Origin: Candidatus Latescibacterota bacterium
GTDB lineage: Bacteria > Latescibacterota > UBA2968 > GCA-2709665
DNA length: 64,000 bases
Assembly (NCBI GenBank): GCA_963662665.2
Contig: CAXXJS010000061.1
Span: 128,001 to 192,000 of the forward strand
Reading direction: 5' to 3'
In this document: one piece after another, positions 9,636-19,002 of the stretch
Layout: every line of letters starts with the position of its first letter
Position numbering within the stretch: position 1 is the first letter of the stretch
Position numbers and translations under genes: made by a program
The notes under the pieces: model-generated
Told to the model about the DNA's origin: nothing
Databases searched by the model: none
Seen by the model: only the letters and a program-made list of their open reading frames with translations

Positions 9636-10931
9636 ATGCTCTTTGTATCGCTCATCTGTGCGCTGTTGACGTTTTGTTTCCTCAGCTGTTCTGTTGCGTG
9701 CGCGCAGGGCGGTCTGACCGCGGAGCAATATGAAGAGGACTTCGATTTTCTCTGGGAGACGTTCCGTTCTGAATATGCCTATTTTGATGAAAAACAGACG
9801 GATTGGGATCGTGTCAGAGAGATCTACCGGCCACAACTCCGATCGATTTCGACAGAATCGGAATTTGTTGCACTGATGGAGACCCTCCTGGAGGAGCTGT
9901 ACGACGATCACATTCATCTGAACACGCATACGGCTTCTTCCCCGAACATCGTCCCGTCTCGGATCGACGTCTGGGCGGAATGGAAGGACGGGAAAGCGAT
10001 GATAACGGGAATCCGACCGGGCTTTCCCGCCGATGCCGCTGGTCTGCGGCCCGGGATGGAGATCCTGCGTTTCAATGGCATTCCAATCGAAGACGCCGTC
10101 CAAAAGCGGATGGGGCGGTCCTTTGTCCTGATTGACGACGAGATTGAGAGTTGGACGCTGAGAAAAGTGCTGGCGGGATATCGGAATCAGACCCGGACGA
10201 TCGAAGTCAGGTACCAGGGCGAGACGACGCGCGTCTCCATCCCGCCCGAAGCGTTCGATGCCGCGTATGATACACAGCACCGGACAAGACTCGATTTCCG
10301 GATGCTCGATGACCGGATCGGTTACGTGGCCATCAATGGTACCCTGGAAGGCCGTGGACTCCTGGACGACTTCGATTCAGGGCTGGAAGCGTTGCGGGAG
10401 ACCGCGGGATTGATCCTGGATCTCCGCAGAGTCGGCGGGGGCAATACCGGGATTGTGGAAGGAATTATTGGACGTCTGATCGATCGGGAGCGGGTCTACC
10501 AGAGAACCGTGCCGAGAGAAGGAACGCCGTTTCTGAGCCGCGTGAGACCGCGTGGAGAGTGGCAGTACAGACACCCGGTTGTCATACTGGTGAACCACTG
10601 GACGGGAAGCGCCGCCGAGGGTCTGGCAATCAGCCTGGATGCGATCGGGAGCGCGACGGTCGTCGGAACAAAGATGGCCGGCCTTGAGGGTTCAGTCTAC
10701 ACGATGCGGATGCCCCATACGGGAATCGGGTACCAATGCACCAAACAGAGGGTATTCAACGGCACGCTGAAGGGTGACCCGGCCTCGCGGGAGTTCGCCG
10801 GATCGTCCAGAAGCGCGTATATCCCATCCGTTCTCGTCGATACGATGACGGAAGCCTGGCGCGAAGACGAGGATCCGATTCTTGAGAAGGGTCTGAAGGT
10901 TCTCGGCAAACTGATGATTCGAGCGAGATGA
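9636..10931 (+). CDS. S41 family C-terminal processing peptidase with PDZ domain, exported
   Basis: Signal peptide, PADAAGLRPGMEI (PDZ), LILDLRRVGGG, TGSAAE catalytic Ser, VVGTKMAG. Confidence 0.9.
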   Translation: MLFVSLICALLTFCFLSCSVACAQGGLTAEQYEEDFDFLWETFRSEYAYFDEKQTDWDRVREIYRPQLRSISTESEFVALMETLLEELYDDHIHLNTHTASSPNIVPSRIDVWAEWKDGKAMITGIRPGFPADAAGLRPGMEILRFNGIPIEDAVQKRMGRSFVLIDDEIESWTLRKVLAGYRNQTRTIEVRYQGETTRVSIPPEAFDAAYDTQHRTRLDFRMLDDRIGYVAINGTLEGRGLLDDFDSGLEALRETAGLILDLRRVGGGNTGIVEGIIGRLIDRERVYQRTVPREGTPFLSRVRPRGEWQYRHPVVILVNHWTGSAAEGLAISLDAIGSATVVGTKMAGLEGSVYTMRMPHTGIGYQCTKQRVFNGTLKGDPASREFAGSSRSAYIPSVLVDTMTEAWREDEDPILEKGLKVLGKLMIRAR

Positions 10932-10975
10932 TTTATCATTCCCTGGTACCATTGCATCTTTCATCGTCGACGCCT

Positions 10976-11275
10976 TGGCGCGGCTTCGCTTTGCTCAGCC
11001 GCAACCAAATAGGTGACACGGAACGCACGCGTCCGCTTGATGAACCAATCACTCCCCCCTTGAGGGGGAGTCGCAGAAGCCGAGCCGGCACCTGAGTACT
11101 CGCTATCTGCCTGCCGAAGAATGTCGTGGGCGTTGCCCTGAGATTGTGGTCCCTGAGCCTGTCGAAGGGACCGGCGACGGCTGATGCGGTGGGGGGAATA
11201 CAACACCATACCGTATGCAAGCAGCATTATTAAACATGCACGCATTTTGCGTTGAAGTCCTATTGTAGGGTCTAA
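10976..11275 (+). repeat. Composite hairpin repeat family B, full copy (contains the empty MITE-A target site)
   Basis: Colinear with 57001-57454: GCGGCT/AGCCGC hairpin, ACTCCCC-TTGA-GGGGGAGT hairpin, CCCTGAGCCTGTCGAAGGG, ACCGTATGCAAGCAGCAT..TTAAACATGCACGCA. Confidence 0.85.
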
Positions 11276-11462
11276 AGACCATAGGCGTTCCCACGGAACC
11301 GTATGGTTCGGACATCGTCGGCCGGGCGACATTCCTGTAGATTTCAACTTCGGAACTATCGAAAACCTTGCTCCTGGAGAGCCAATAATCTATATTGGCG
11401 TTGTGTACTTAAGTTGCGGTATACCACCAGGAAATATTGGAAGTCCCTGAAGGAGCGTAATT

Positions 11463-11639
11463 ATGTGGAAGGACCCTATCGTTGAGGAAATTCATGCAGT
11501 TCGACGACAGATCGCAAAAGAGTGCAACCACGATATTCGTCAAGTTGTAGAACGACTACGCGAAAAAGAGAAAAGACATAAAGGAAGGCTTACGTTTCCG
11601 AAGCACGGCGTTGGGAAGAAGCCCAAAGCTACCGCATGA
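11463..11639 (+). CDS. Small protein (58 aa) of the type usually found next to PIN-domain toxin genes
   Basis: MWKDPIVEEIHAVRRQIAKECNHDI...; AAGGAG RBS; not in the supplied ORF track (<60 aa); no intact PIN gene upstream. Confidence 0.6.
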   Translation: MWKDPIVEEIHAVRRQIAKECNHDIRQVVERLREKEKRHKGRLTFPKHGVGKKPKATA

Positions 11640-11718
11640 TGGCTTCTCGTTTTGCTGCGGAATAGCGCCGAACGTGCGTTAACTGGACTGACGAAGGGCC
11701 TGAGAAAGAGAGACGCAA

Positions 11719-11958
11719 TTGAAAACAGACAGGGTACCGATGCAGGATGAACTGCGGGCGGAGTATGATTTGAAGAGCCTGCGGGTGAGGAAGGTGGGTC
11801 CGGGGCGAAAGGGCTTTGGCAGATTCGTCGTCCAGTTGGAACCTGATGTTGCAAAGGTGTTTCCAGACGCTGATTCCGTTAACGAGGCATTGCGTTTCCT
11901 GATACGCGTGACCACAGAAAACAAAGCGGCGCTTTCTGAAGATGATGGTAATATCTGA
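11719..11958 (+). CDS. BrnA-like antitoxin (orphan)
   Basis: DELRAEYDL...VQLEPDVAKVFPDADSVNEALRFLI; the preceding EKERRN* resembles a BrnT C-terminal remnant. Confidence 0.7.
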   Translation: MKTDRVPMQDELRAEYDLKSLRVRKVGPGRKGFGRFVVQLEPDVAKVFPDADSVNEALRFLIRVTTENKAALSEDDGNI

Positions 11959-12188
11959 TGCCTGAAGTGAACGATCCGGACACCTAACTCCTTTAAATAC
12001 AATCGTATTTTCCTTGTATGCAAATCCCCGTTGGTGCGGTTGGCTCGCGGGGATTGTTTTCAATGAGTGGATTTGTTTTTCCGGGACACCAGGACAGATT
12101 TCGATTTGTTGGCGCGGACTGTGAGATCTTCGATTCCTTCCACGAACTTGTCGAAGCGCATCTATTGGTTGGAATTGCCGGCAGTTAG

Positions 12189-12379
12189 CCCCAATTCGAA
12201 GAAAACAGCAACTCGGCGACGCGACGAAACCCCCTGAAACGGGGCGTAACGGTCGTCAAAAAGGACATTTTTTCAGTTCACGTCCAGTGACCTGGTGTAT
12301 CCTGGTAATCAGCAGTTAAATCACCTTTATCCACTTGCCTATATGCGGTTTTACTTCCCCGAAGAATTACGAATCAAGG
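12189..12379. mobile_element. MITE family A, copy 2 (191 bp)
   Basis: Same termini; TTAG at 12185-12188 and 12380-12383. Confidence 0.87.
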
Positions 12380-12415
12380 TTAGACGTATACAACGTATAC
12401 AGTGAGGGAGAAACG

Positions 12416-13327
12416 ATGAAGACCTTTCCGTTGCAGTACACGGCGGCCGCCGCGGCCGGCCAGATGTCGTTCCATCTTCCGAAGGCCGTGCAGTACGAGG
12501 GAAATCCGGTCCTGGCGGCGACAGACGACCAGGAGTTCGCGGGACAGGACGCGACGTACATCTCGGTGCTACCGACGGCGGGGGTACTTCCGGACCCGAT
12601 CGACGCGTACTATGCCTACGTGGCGACGCACGACGGGTCGGAAATCTGGCTTGCGACGGCGGCGCACCCGCTGGGGCCATGGACGTGGCGGAGGGCCGTG
12701 CTGGAACTCTCGGCGACGTCGTTCACGAAGCACATATCGTCTCCTTCGGCCGTCATGCACAACGGGGAGGTCTATATGTACTTCCATGGCGTACACCCTA
12801 CCGGCAGGCAGCCGACGGCGCTCGCGACGTCCAATGACGGAATCCATTTCGAGCAGAAGGTGTTCCCCATAATGTCAACGCATCCCAACCTGGAGAACCA
12901 CTGGTACGGTCAAAGCGTAAGCTACGTCCGTGTGGTCAAGGACGGCCCCATGTTCATTGGGACCTTTCAGGGGAACGGACACGGGTGGAACGCGCAGGCG
13001 AACGGGGTGACGACCGTGGCCGGTCTGGCAATGAGCGATGACGGGATCCACTGGCGCCTGTCGAAAAAACCGTTGCTGGGAAATATGCCGGGCAGCCGGG
13101 GTCCGTTCGCCTCCATCCTCGTCCGGCTGTGGGACCGCTGGCTGATGCTGTTCAATGATGACCGCGGACTCTCCGGTGCGCTTTCGGAGGGCTCGGACGT
13201 GACGGGTCCGTACGAAGACATGGGTTGTGTGATCGAATCCGGCCACTGGCCGTTTCCGGTGTTTCACGAGGACAAGCTTTATCTTCTGTGCGGAGGAATC
13301 AACGCCGCGGTGGTCGAGTGGAAGTAG
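12416..13327 (+). CDS. Five-bladed beta-propeller glycoside hydrolase-like protein (GH32/43/117/130 clan)
   Basis: YEGNPVL, WLATAAHPLGPW, HISSPSA, LATSNDGIHF, LAMSDDGIHW repeats; GAGGGAG RBS before the ATG at 12416. Confidence 0.75.
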   Translation: MKTFPLQYTAAAAAGQMSFHLPKAVQYEGNPVLAATDDQEFAGQDATYISVLPTAGVLPDPIDAYYAYVATHDGSEIWLATAAHPLGPWTWRRAVLELSATSFTKHISSPSAVMHNGEVYMYFHGVHPTGRQPTALATSNDGIHFEQKVFPIMSTHPNLENHWYGQSVSYVRVVKDGPMFIGTFQGNGHGWNAQANGVTTVAGLAMSDDGIHWRLSKKPLLGNMPGSRGPFASILVRLWDRWLMLFNDDRGLSGALSEGSDVTGPYEDMGCVIESGHWPFPVFHEDKLYLLCGGINAAVVEWK

Positions 13328-13382
13328 ACGAAGCGCATCGTAACTGAATTGAATCGAACGATTGGATGCCGGGGGAAGAACC

Positions 13383-14042
13383 ATGAATAGAAGGTTGCTG
13401 CGAACGACGTATCATGCGGAAGTCGAAGTGGTCAACTTCACGCACGGCCTGCCGGCCCGGATGACGCAATCGCTGACCGGATCGTCGAGGGCCTCGACTT
13501 ATGACTATACCGATCCTTACGGGAGCCATTACGCGATGGTCCCGAGTGGAAATGCCGGAGAGGGCGTGACGCTGGCGGGGTCTCGGGTTTGCATGTCCGT
13601 CGCGAAGGTGTTGGAGTTGGAGGCGGTGGGGGTGACCGTGGCCGGACCGACGGAGTTGACCCTGGGGCTCGTGTCGCCGATCGACGGCGTCGCCGGGATA
13701 CAACTGCAGGCGGCCCCGATTGACGCCGGTGCGGCGCCGGCCGGACGCGTGAGGCTTCTGCTGCGGGACGGGTCTTCGGAGGGAAAGCAGACGCTTTTCG
13801 CGGAGGGCAACGACGGTCAGATCCATGACGGGGGGACGGTGATCGATGACGTTGACCTGGGGGTCATTGTTGATATCGATGCGAAGACCGCGCAGGCGCA
13901 CCTGGGGTATTCATACGTCTCCTGCGGTCCCGAGGGCTTTCCGGACGGACAGGTGCTGGCGCCCGCCATCCGGACGGCGCTGGTTGCCGATGGAAAGGCT
14001 TCGGCGAAGGTGCGCCGGATGACGATAGGGATATACAGTTGA
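13383..14042 (+). CDS. Hypothetical protein, predicted beta-rich
   Basis: Open frame with GC3-rich codons and a purine-rich RBS; no motif recognised. Confidence 0.65.
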   Translation: MNRRLLRTTYHAEVEVVNFTHGLPARMTQSLTGSSRASTYDYTDPYGSHYAMVPSGNAGEGVTLAGSRVCMSVAKVLELEAVGVTVAGPTELTLGLVSPIDGVAGIQLQAAPIDAGAAPAGRVRLLLRDGSSEGKQTLFAEGNDGQIHDGGTVIDDVDLGVIVDIDAKTAQAHLGYSYVSCGPEGFPDGQVLAPAIRTALVADGKASAKVRRMTIGIYS

Positions 14043-14120
14043 ACGGGAAACCATTGGGAAGGAAGACGTGACAAAGAGAAGCGAATCGGTCACGTTCAAT
14101 GGCCATATCGAGACCAACAG

Positions 14121-15014
14121 ATGACAGATAGGTCCAGGGCGCTTGTGGAGGTGCATGTTGCGACACTCCTGTATGGATTTATCGGACCCCTGGGAAAGGC
14201 GGTCGATCTCGACCCGTATCAGATCGTCTTCTGGAGGACGGCGCTTGCAGCCATCGTTATATTCGTCGTCGCCGGGCGGCTCAAGAGCCACGTGCCCGTC
14301 AGGAGTTGGAACGATCTTGGGACCTTTGCGGCGATCGCAGCCTTGCTTTCGGTCCACTGGGTGCTCTTCTTCCAGTCGATCAAGGTCTCGACGGTCGCCA
14401 TCGGTCTGGTGACGACGTATACCTATCCGGTCCTCATGGTGTTTCTTGAGAGCCTTTTCTTTAATGTGAGGCTGCGCGCCCTTGACTTCGCCAGTGCGAT
14501 TGCGGTCCTGATCGGGGTCTACTGCCTCCCGCCGAATATCGACCTGTCCGATGCGAATTTCCAGGGGGTTCTCTACGGCGTGGCCTCCGGCGCCATGCTC
14601 CCGCTCTTCATCCTGTTGCGCAAAAAACGGATCATCGACAGATACAATACCTGGGACATATCAGCCTATGAAATGGGCATCGCCGGCCTTCTCCTTCTTC
14701 CATTCATGGTTTACAATGAGACGCTGTTCGAACTTCCCGGTACAAGGGACCTCCTGCTCGTGGTGGTGCTGGGCGTGGTGCTGACCGGATTCGCACGGAT
14801 TCTCTTCGTCAACAGCCAGAGACACCTTTCAGGAAAAGTTGTCGGGATTACCCTGGCCCTGGAAACGGTCTACGGTGTCATCATCGCGGTCATCTTCCTG
14901 GCTGCCATACCGTCCGGAAGAGAAATCATTGGCGGGCTGATCATCCTGTCCGCCGCTGTGTTCGAGAGCCTGAGAGCGCCGGGCGATCAAACAGCCGTTA
15001 GCGATAGTCAGTGA
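14121..15014 (+). CDS. DMT/EamA family transporter
   Basis: About 10 hydrophobic helices; HWVLFFQSIKVSTVAIG, LETVYGVIIA. Confidence 0.92.
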   Translation: MTDRSRALVEVHVATLLYGFIGPLGKAVDLDPYQIVFWRTALAAIVIFVVAGRLKSHVPVRSWNDLGTFAAIAALLSVHWVLFFQSIKVSTVAIGLVTTYTYPVLMVFLESLFFNVRLRALDFASAIAVLIGVYCLPPNIDLSDANFQGVLYGVASGAMLPLFILLRKKRIIDRYNTWDISAYEMGIAGLLLLPFMVYNETLFELPGTRDLLLVVVLGVVLTGFARILFVNSQRHLSGKVVGITLALETVYGVIIAVIFLAAIPSGREIIGGLIILSAAVFESLRAPGDQTAVSDSQ

Positions 15015-15105
15015 TTCGGGAGATCCGCGGTACACGTAGAGAGATCTATCGACTGGACCGTGTCACCCACGGTGAATAAAGGAGGGCTCGAAAACAGACG
15101 ATTGG

Positions 15106-15295
15106 CCTCAATTCGAAAAAACAGCAACCCGGCATTGCGACGAAAACCCCTGGAACGGTGCGTAATGGTCGTCAAAAAGGACATGCTTTCAGTTCACGTC
15201 CAGTGACCTGGTGTATCCTGTTAATCAGAAGTTAAATCGCCTTTGTCTACTTGCACATATTCGGTTTTACTTCTCCGAAGAATTACGAATCAAGG
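15106..15295. mobile_element. MITE family A, copy 3 (190 bp)
   Basis: CCTCAATTCG...CGAATCAAGG; TTGG at 15102-15105 and 15296-15299. Confidence 0.87.
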
Positions 15296-15325
15296 TTGGT
15301 TTCAGTAATCCTGGAGAGCGAAAAG

Positions 15326-16396
15326 ATGAAAGTCGGAAAGTTCATGATGCCGCTGCATCCGCCGCAAAAGAACCGCACGCAGACGTTCGAAGAGGACATC
15401 GAGTGCGTGCTATGGGCCGAGGAACTCGGTTTCACGGAAGCGTGGATCGGCCAGCACCACACTGCAATGTGGGAGCCCATTCCCGCCAACGACCTGTTCA
15501 TCGCCCACGTTCTGCCGCAGACGGAGCGAATCCGACTGGGCACGGGCGTCACCATCATGACGCAGCATCACCCGGCAAACGTGGCGGTCCGCCTCGCCTA
15601 TCTCGATCACCTGTCGAAAGGGCGCATCAACGTGGGCTTCGGGCAGGGGGGCGTGCCAACCGACTGGCCGCTGTTCGATCTCCCGGACCCGCGCACGCAG
15701 GGGCTGATGAACCTGGAGGCGATGGACATCGTCCTGAAGCTCTGGACCGAAGACGGTCCGTTCGAGTTCAAAGGGGACTTCTGGAACGTGGCGATGGCGG
15801 AGAAAGTACCGGAACTGGGGTTGGGGGAGGTGTTGAAGCCTTATCAGAAGCCCCATCCACCCATTGCCATGAGCATCGTCAAGGAAGAATCGATGGCGGC
15901 AACTACAGGCGGCAGGCGCGGGTTCCTGCCGATCAGCATCAATATGGCGCCGTCGCACAAGGTGAAACGGCAATGGGAAATGTACTGCGAGGGGGCCGCG
16001 GAAGGAGGGCGGCCCGAACCGGACCGGCGCGACTGGCGGATTTCGCGCAGCATCTGCGTTGGCGAGACCGATGCCCAGGCACGCGAGCACGCGTTAAACG
16101 GCGCTTTTGCCGACTCGCTGATGTACCTTCGCGGCATGCTCGAAATTGCCAATATGCTGGACCTGCCGAAGATGGACCCTGGGATGTCCGACGCGGACCT
16201 CACACGCGACTATTTCATCGACGAGATCGCCATCGTCGGCAGTCCCGACACGGTGACGAGACGCCTCCAGGAGCTGTACGACGTCACCGGTGGTTTTGGT
16301 ACGGTACTGATGATCGGTCACGACTGGGATGACAAGGCGAAGATGAAGCGCTCGATGGAGTTGATGGCGAAGGAAGTCATTCCACGCCTCCCATAA
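15326..16396 (+). CDS. LLM-class flavin-dependent monooxygenase (luciferase-like; limonene monooxygenase-like subgroup)
   Basis: FMMPLHPP, AEELGFTEAWIGQHH, IRLGTGV, LDHLSKGR, KPYQKPHPPI. Confidence 0.93.
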   Translation: MKVGKFMMPLHPPQKNRTQTFEEDIECVLWAEELGFTEAWIGQHHTAMWEPIPANDLFIAHVLPQTERIRLGTGVTIMTQHHPANVAVRLAYLDHLSKGRINVGFGQGGVPTDWPLFDLPDPRTQGLMNLEAMDIVLKLWTEDGPFEFKGDFWNVAMAEKVPELGLGEVLKPYQKPHPPIAMSIVKEESMAATTGGRRGFLPISINMAPSHKVKRQWEMYCEGAAEGGRPEPDRRDWRISRSICVGETDAQAREHALNGAFADSLMYLRGMLEIANMLDLPKMDPGMSDADLTRDYFIDEIAIVGSPDTVTRRLQELYDVTGGFGTVLMIGHDWDDKAKMKRSMELMAKEVIPRLP

Positions 16397-16453
16397 GTGA
16401 CCCTACCCGCTGCGCCCAATTCCCTTTTCAAATTACACGTCAGGAGATATCCA

Positions 16454-18355
16454 ATGAGTACCGCACCCGCCCGCCGCGCCATTGTCGCTGGAATGGACGG
16501 CGCCAGTATGGAACTGGTGAAGAATATGGCCGACGCAGGCCACATGCCCAACGTAAAGGCCCTGATGGAGGCGGGCGTCTGGCGGCCCATGGTCGGCGTC
16601 TTTCCCACCCTCACGCCGCCGGGCTGGACGGCCCTGTCCACCGGCTCGTGGCCGGGCACCCACGGCATCCTGGACTTCAACATCCGCCACGTGGGCCAGC
16701 CCCTGGACCGCACACTCTGGGGCATAGACACCTCCCTCTCGCGCTCGGAATACATCTGGAACGCGTTCGAGCGCGGCGGCCGGACGCCGATCCTGGTAAA
16801 GTGGGAGATGTCCTGGCCGCCCACGGTGCGCTCGGGGGTGCAGGTGGAGGGCACCGGCCCCGGTGTCTCCAATCACCATCAGGTGGCGGGCTATCACCTG
16901 TTCGTGGCCGGCAAATGGGCGCCGCGGCGGCTCGAAGCCCAGCGCGACCCTGAGACACTGGACCCCAGCGCCCTGCAGGGGGTGCGCGAGTTCGACCCCG
17001 TAACCCTGGTTGACGCCGTGGGATGGACCGGAACGCCCGATTCGGCGCGGCCGCCGAAGGAGGCGGTCCTCACCATCCAGCCCCTGGCCAGGGGCCGCGA
17101 AGGCATGAACCGGGGCCGGGAGGGCGCCCCCGTGCCGCTGCACGCCCTGATCTACGCCAGCGGCGGCGGCGGTTATGACCGGGTGCGCCTCTGCCGATCC
17201 AGGGACGCGGCCCGGCCGTTGGCCGATCTGGCGGTGGGGGAGTGGAGCGAGTGGTGGCTGGACCACTTTGAGATCGATGGCCGGAAGGTGGGCGGCTACG
17301 TACGTGCGAAGCTCATCACGCTGACGCCCGAGGCCGACGCCTTCGAGCTCTTTATTCCCCAGATCTGGCCGCCCGACGGTTACACGAAGCCCGCCCCGGT
17401 GGCCAATGAGATTGACCGGAACGTGGGCAACTTCCTCCAGAACCCTGCGCGAGACGCCCTCGGCCTGATTGACGACGACACCTATTTCGAACTGCTCGAG
17501 TTCCACCATCAGCGCCTGGCCGACGTGGCGGAATACCTCGCCGGCTCCCGGGACTGGGACCTGCTGATGACGGAGACCCACGCTTCGGACTACACCAGCC
17601 ACTTCTTCCTGCGCGCCGCCGATCCCCACTCCGGGGCGCCGCCGGAGGTTCAGCGCCGCTGCCGTGAAGGGGTGGAGCGCACCTACGCCTCCATCGACCG
17701 CTGGATCGGACGCTTGCGCCAACTCGCCGGGGACGACACCGCCTTCTTCGTGGTGTCCGATCACGGAGGCACTTCGCAGCAGCACACCGTTGTCAACGTC
17801 GCCGCGGTGCTGGAGCAGGCCGGTTTCCTGAAGTACACGGGCAGCGGCCCCGACCGATGCATCGACTGGTCGCGCACGCGGGCGGCCGACGTGGGCCTGG
17901 TGCACATCTTCGTGAACCTGAAAGGGCGGGAGCCCGGCGGCATCGTCGATCCCGCGGACTATGACGCCGTCTGCCAGGACATTATTCAGGCGCTATATGA
18001 CCACGAGGACCCGGAGACGGGGCGGCGGACCTTCGCGCTCGCCCTCACGCGGGAGGACGCGGAAATGGTGAACCTGTGGTCTGACCGGGTGGGCGACGTG
18101 GTCTACGCCCTGCGACCGGAGTTCGACGGCGCCCATGGCAAGCAGTTGCCCTCGGTGGCCTTCGGGATGGCCGGCCAGCACTCGACGTTCATCGCCGCGG
18201 GCGCGGGCGTGCGTCAGGCGGGTCTCCTCGAGCGGCAGGTGCGCGTGATCGACGTGGCGCCCACGGTCTGCTACCTCACGGGGGCGCCCATGCCGCGAAA
18301 CGTCGAGGGCGGGGTGGTCTACGAGGCCGTGGAGGACGCGGACCTGCACCGGTAG
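16454..18355 (+). CDS. Alkaline phosphatase superfamily / nucleotide pyrophosphatase-phosphodiesterase family protein
   Basis: GMDGA, PTLTPPGWTALSTG, VVSDHG, DVAPT; AGGAG RBS. Confidence 0.9.
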   Translation: MSTAPARRAIVAGMDGASMELVKNMADAGHMPNVKALMEAGVWRPMVGVFPTLTPPGWTALSTGSWPGTHGILDFNIRHVGQPLDRTLWGIDTSLSRSEYIWNAFERGGRTPILVKWEMSWPPTVRSGVQVEGTGPGVSNHHQVAGYHLFVAGKWAPRRLEAQRDPETLDPSALQGVREFDPVTLVDAVGWTGTPDSARPPKEAVLTIQPLARGREGMNRGREGAPVPLHALIYASGGGGYDRVRLCRSRDAARPLADLAVGEWSEWWLDHFEIDGRKVGGYVRAKLITLTPEADAFELFIPQIWPPDGYTKPAPVANEIDRNVGNFLQNPARDALGLIDDDTYFELLEFHHQRLADVAEYLAGSRDWDLLMTETHASDYTSHFFLRAADPHSGAPPEVQRRCREGVERTYASIDRWIGRLRQLAGDDTAFFVVSDHGGTSQQHTVVNVAAVLEQAGFLKYTGSGPDRCIDWSRTRAADVGLVHIFVNLKGREPGGIVDPADYDAVCQDIIQALYDHEDPETGRRTFALALTREDAEMVNLWSDRVGDVVYALRPEFDGAHGKQLPSVAFGMAGQHSTFIAAGAGVRQAGLLERQVRVIDVAPTVCYLTGAPMPRNVEGGVVYEAVEDADLHR

Positions 18356-18368
18356 GCGCCCCGTTCAG

Positions 18369-18722
18369 TTGAATGGGAAGAGGACTCTTCTTCCTCAGAC
18401 CGTTGAAGCGATTACGGCCCGCCATCGAACCGGAATGAAGGACGAAATCCTGGGTCCTATTGCGGACATGGGTCTGGGTTTCTGCGTCAACTCGAACATC
18501 TACGGCAGGGAGTCGGTTCCGTACGGGTTCGGGCGATACGCCTCTCCCCGTGCATCTGGCAATGCAGGCTATCAGTCGTCGATCGCCTTCGTGGATCCCG
18601 ACGCGGGCCTCGTCGTCGTGTGCATTTTCAACGGCACACCGGGTGAAGGCGCTAATCAGGTCCGCAATAGAGAGACGAACAGCGCCATCTACGAGGACCT
18701 CGGTCTGACTGTGGCGCGTTAG
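18369..18722 (+). pseudogene. 3' fragment of a beta-lactamase-family serine hydrolase
   Basis: GLGF..., FGRYASPRASGNAGYQSSIAFVDPDAGLVV match the C-terminal part; the SxxK N-terminal part is absent. Confidence 0.7.
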
Positions 18723-18805
18723 CCGAGCGGATTACCGACTCTTCGGAAATCCAGTCACGCACTCGCGTTTCCATCTCCTCTCAGCCCTCCGCGACATCTC
18801 CTGAA

Positions 18806-18924
18806 TGTCCATATTCGGACACTTCTGTATCAAAAACGAACACCATCCGTTGGTTCCCACTTCCTGCCCGTTATGTATAACTCCCTGACAAATATGCACA
18901 TGAATGTTTGGCACGATTATTGAT
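18806..18924 (+). promoter_or_regulatory. Sigma54-type promoter with upstream enhancer-like sites, copy 1
   Basis: TTGGCACGATTATTGAT (GG-N10-GA) at 18908-18924; TGT-N10-ACA palindrome TGTCCATATTCGGACA at 18806-18821 and TGT-N11-ACA at 18826-18842; block duplicated at ~29080-29198. Confidence 0.7.
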
Positions 18925-19002
18925 TTATCTTGTATGAGATCTGTCGTCAACCGAACATGTCAATCCTCGGCGTGCTCAGCAGATACATCAGGGACGCACT
19001 TC

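Noticed and set aside
16433-17905. Long antisense ORFs (490 aa here; also 6992-8305, 40324-41322, 58304-59380)
   Set aside because: They are shadows of GC3-rich sense genes, with no recognisable motifs.
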